From Daphnia carinata (lineage: Eukaryota): a stretch of DNA of 64,000 nt. The stretch spans positions 10,416,001 through 10,480,000 of the forward strand of contig NC_081333.1 in the NCBI RefSeq assembly GCF_022539665.2, given 5' to 3'. The notes below the pieces were generated by a model, which was not told the DNA's origin, searched no databases, and saw only the letters and a program-made list of their open reading frames with translations. The position numbers were made by a program, and so were the translations under genes. This document shows, in pieces, positions 62,988-64,000 of the stretch (position 1 is the first letter of the stretch; each line of letters starts with the position of its first letter).

Positions 62988-64000
62988 AATAAGAGTCAAA
63001 TATTTTTTTTTTTGGCCAGACTGTAAGTATTTCAAGTATTTAAATAATTTGACGATTTATTGTGTCTCCAATACCGTATCGTTAGAACTAAGCGTAAGGT
63101 TTGAATTATGTCGACGGCACGCCAAAAGGTGCTGAATAACTCCTTCCGTCTTCTCTACGTCTCCCTCCCTTTCCTTTGAAGATGATGTGCCTACGTTCCA
63201 GTTGTTTCATATTTCAAAAATGATTTGTTCCCTGGCTCTACCTTACCCTATTCCTCCGCTCCCCCCATACGTTTTGAGCCCTTTTCCTTTCGTTATCATT
63301 AGCAATATTCACATGACGAGTTGAGACGTGGGGTTGATTTAGATACCAGGAATGTGCAACTACAGCGTCTTGGCTGATGCAAAACAGACAATCTTCTTTT
63401 TTGTTGTTATTTTGAAGACGGTCATCAAAACAAACTCTACGGGCGAGCTATTCCGCAACCGATGTCCCTGGTCACATGGATTCATGAAGTGTCATCCGAG
63501 TTACAATAACTAAACTGCGCTAATTATTCATTTTGTGCGAAAACGGTTTTGGCAGCGCGGAAACCCGACGCCACCGTGCTACCGAAATGTCGATGACCTG
63601 CTAGGCCGATGTTGTTACACCAGCTCTCCGTTTTCTTCAACTTGTATCCTTCGGTGGATGTATATATAACGCGATGCGCCGACTGTGTTTATCTTAATTA
63701 TCTAAACATTTACCCAGGCTACCAACATCTTTTTTTCCCCCCTTTTTGTTTTTTTCCAAAATGAAAAAGCAAAGAAGAAAAAAAATAAAAGGGAAGGAAC
63801 TGGACGGAATGGGAGACGTGTCTGATCGTTTATGACGCCTTTGGTGTTCTGGCGTTTTACGAATTGTATATGTTAAACACCCACACGGATACAAACTGGA
63901 CAAACAGCATGGACAAAATTCGTGTGGCTACTTTGGTATTCTTACTGCGGATGGAAAAATGTTTAATTCCGTCATGGTTTCCTAGAATTGTTAAAATTAG

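Overview
Eukaryotic, AT-rich genomic DNA. Compact genes with ~60-80 nt introns and homopolymer-rich non-coding DNA suggest an arthropod, most plausibly a cladoceran such as Daphnia (inference only). (1) 217-6924 is a ~6.7 kb non-coding, TIR-bounded element (perfect 25 bp TIRs, TAA flanking duplication). Its left arm is a tandem array of 13 ~355 bp units, each pairing a TIR-like motif with a tRNA-like A-box/B-box cassette. Its right arm has two more tRNA-like cassettes in the opposite orientation. This is the most unusual feature. (2) ~7-24 kb is low-complexity non-coding DNA, probably large introns or regulatory DNA of a minus-strand gene. (3) 24-60 kb is a dense block of intron-containing genes: PNKP(+), OSGIN-like(+, upstream ARE motifs), syntaxin-16(-), a divergent nitric oxide synthase lacking the autoinhibitory loop and C-terminal tail(+), secreted trehalase(-, GC-AG intron), ZC3H18(+), BRAT1(+), INTS15/C7orf26(-) and BOD1-like(+). 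(4) A second, palindrome-rich ~650-690 bp repeat family occurs at 34.25-35.0 kb and 61.56-62.99 kb. Gene calls come from recognised protein motifs and manual splicing. No database searches were run.
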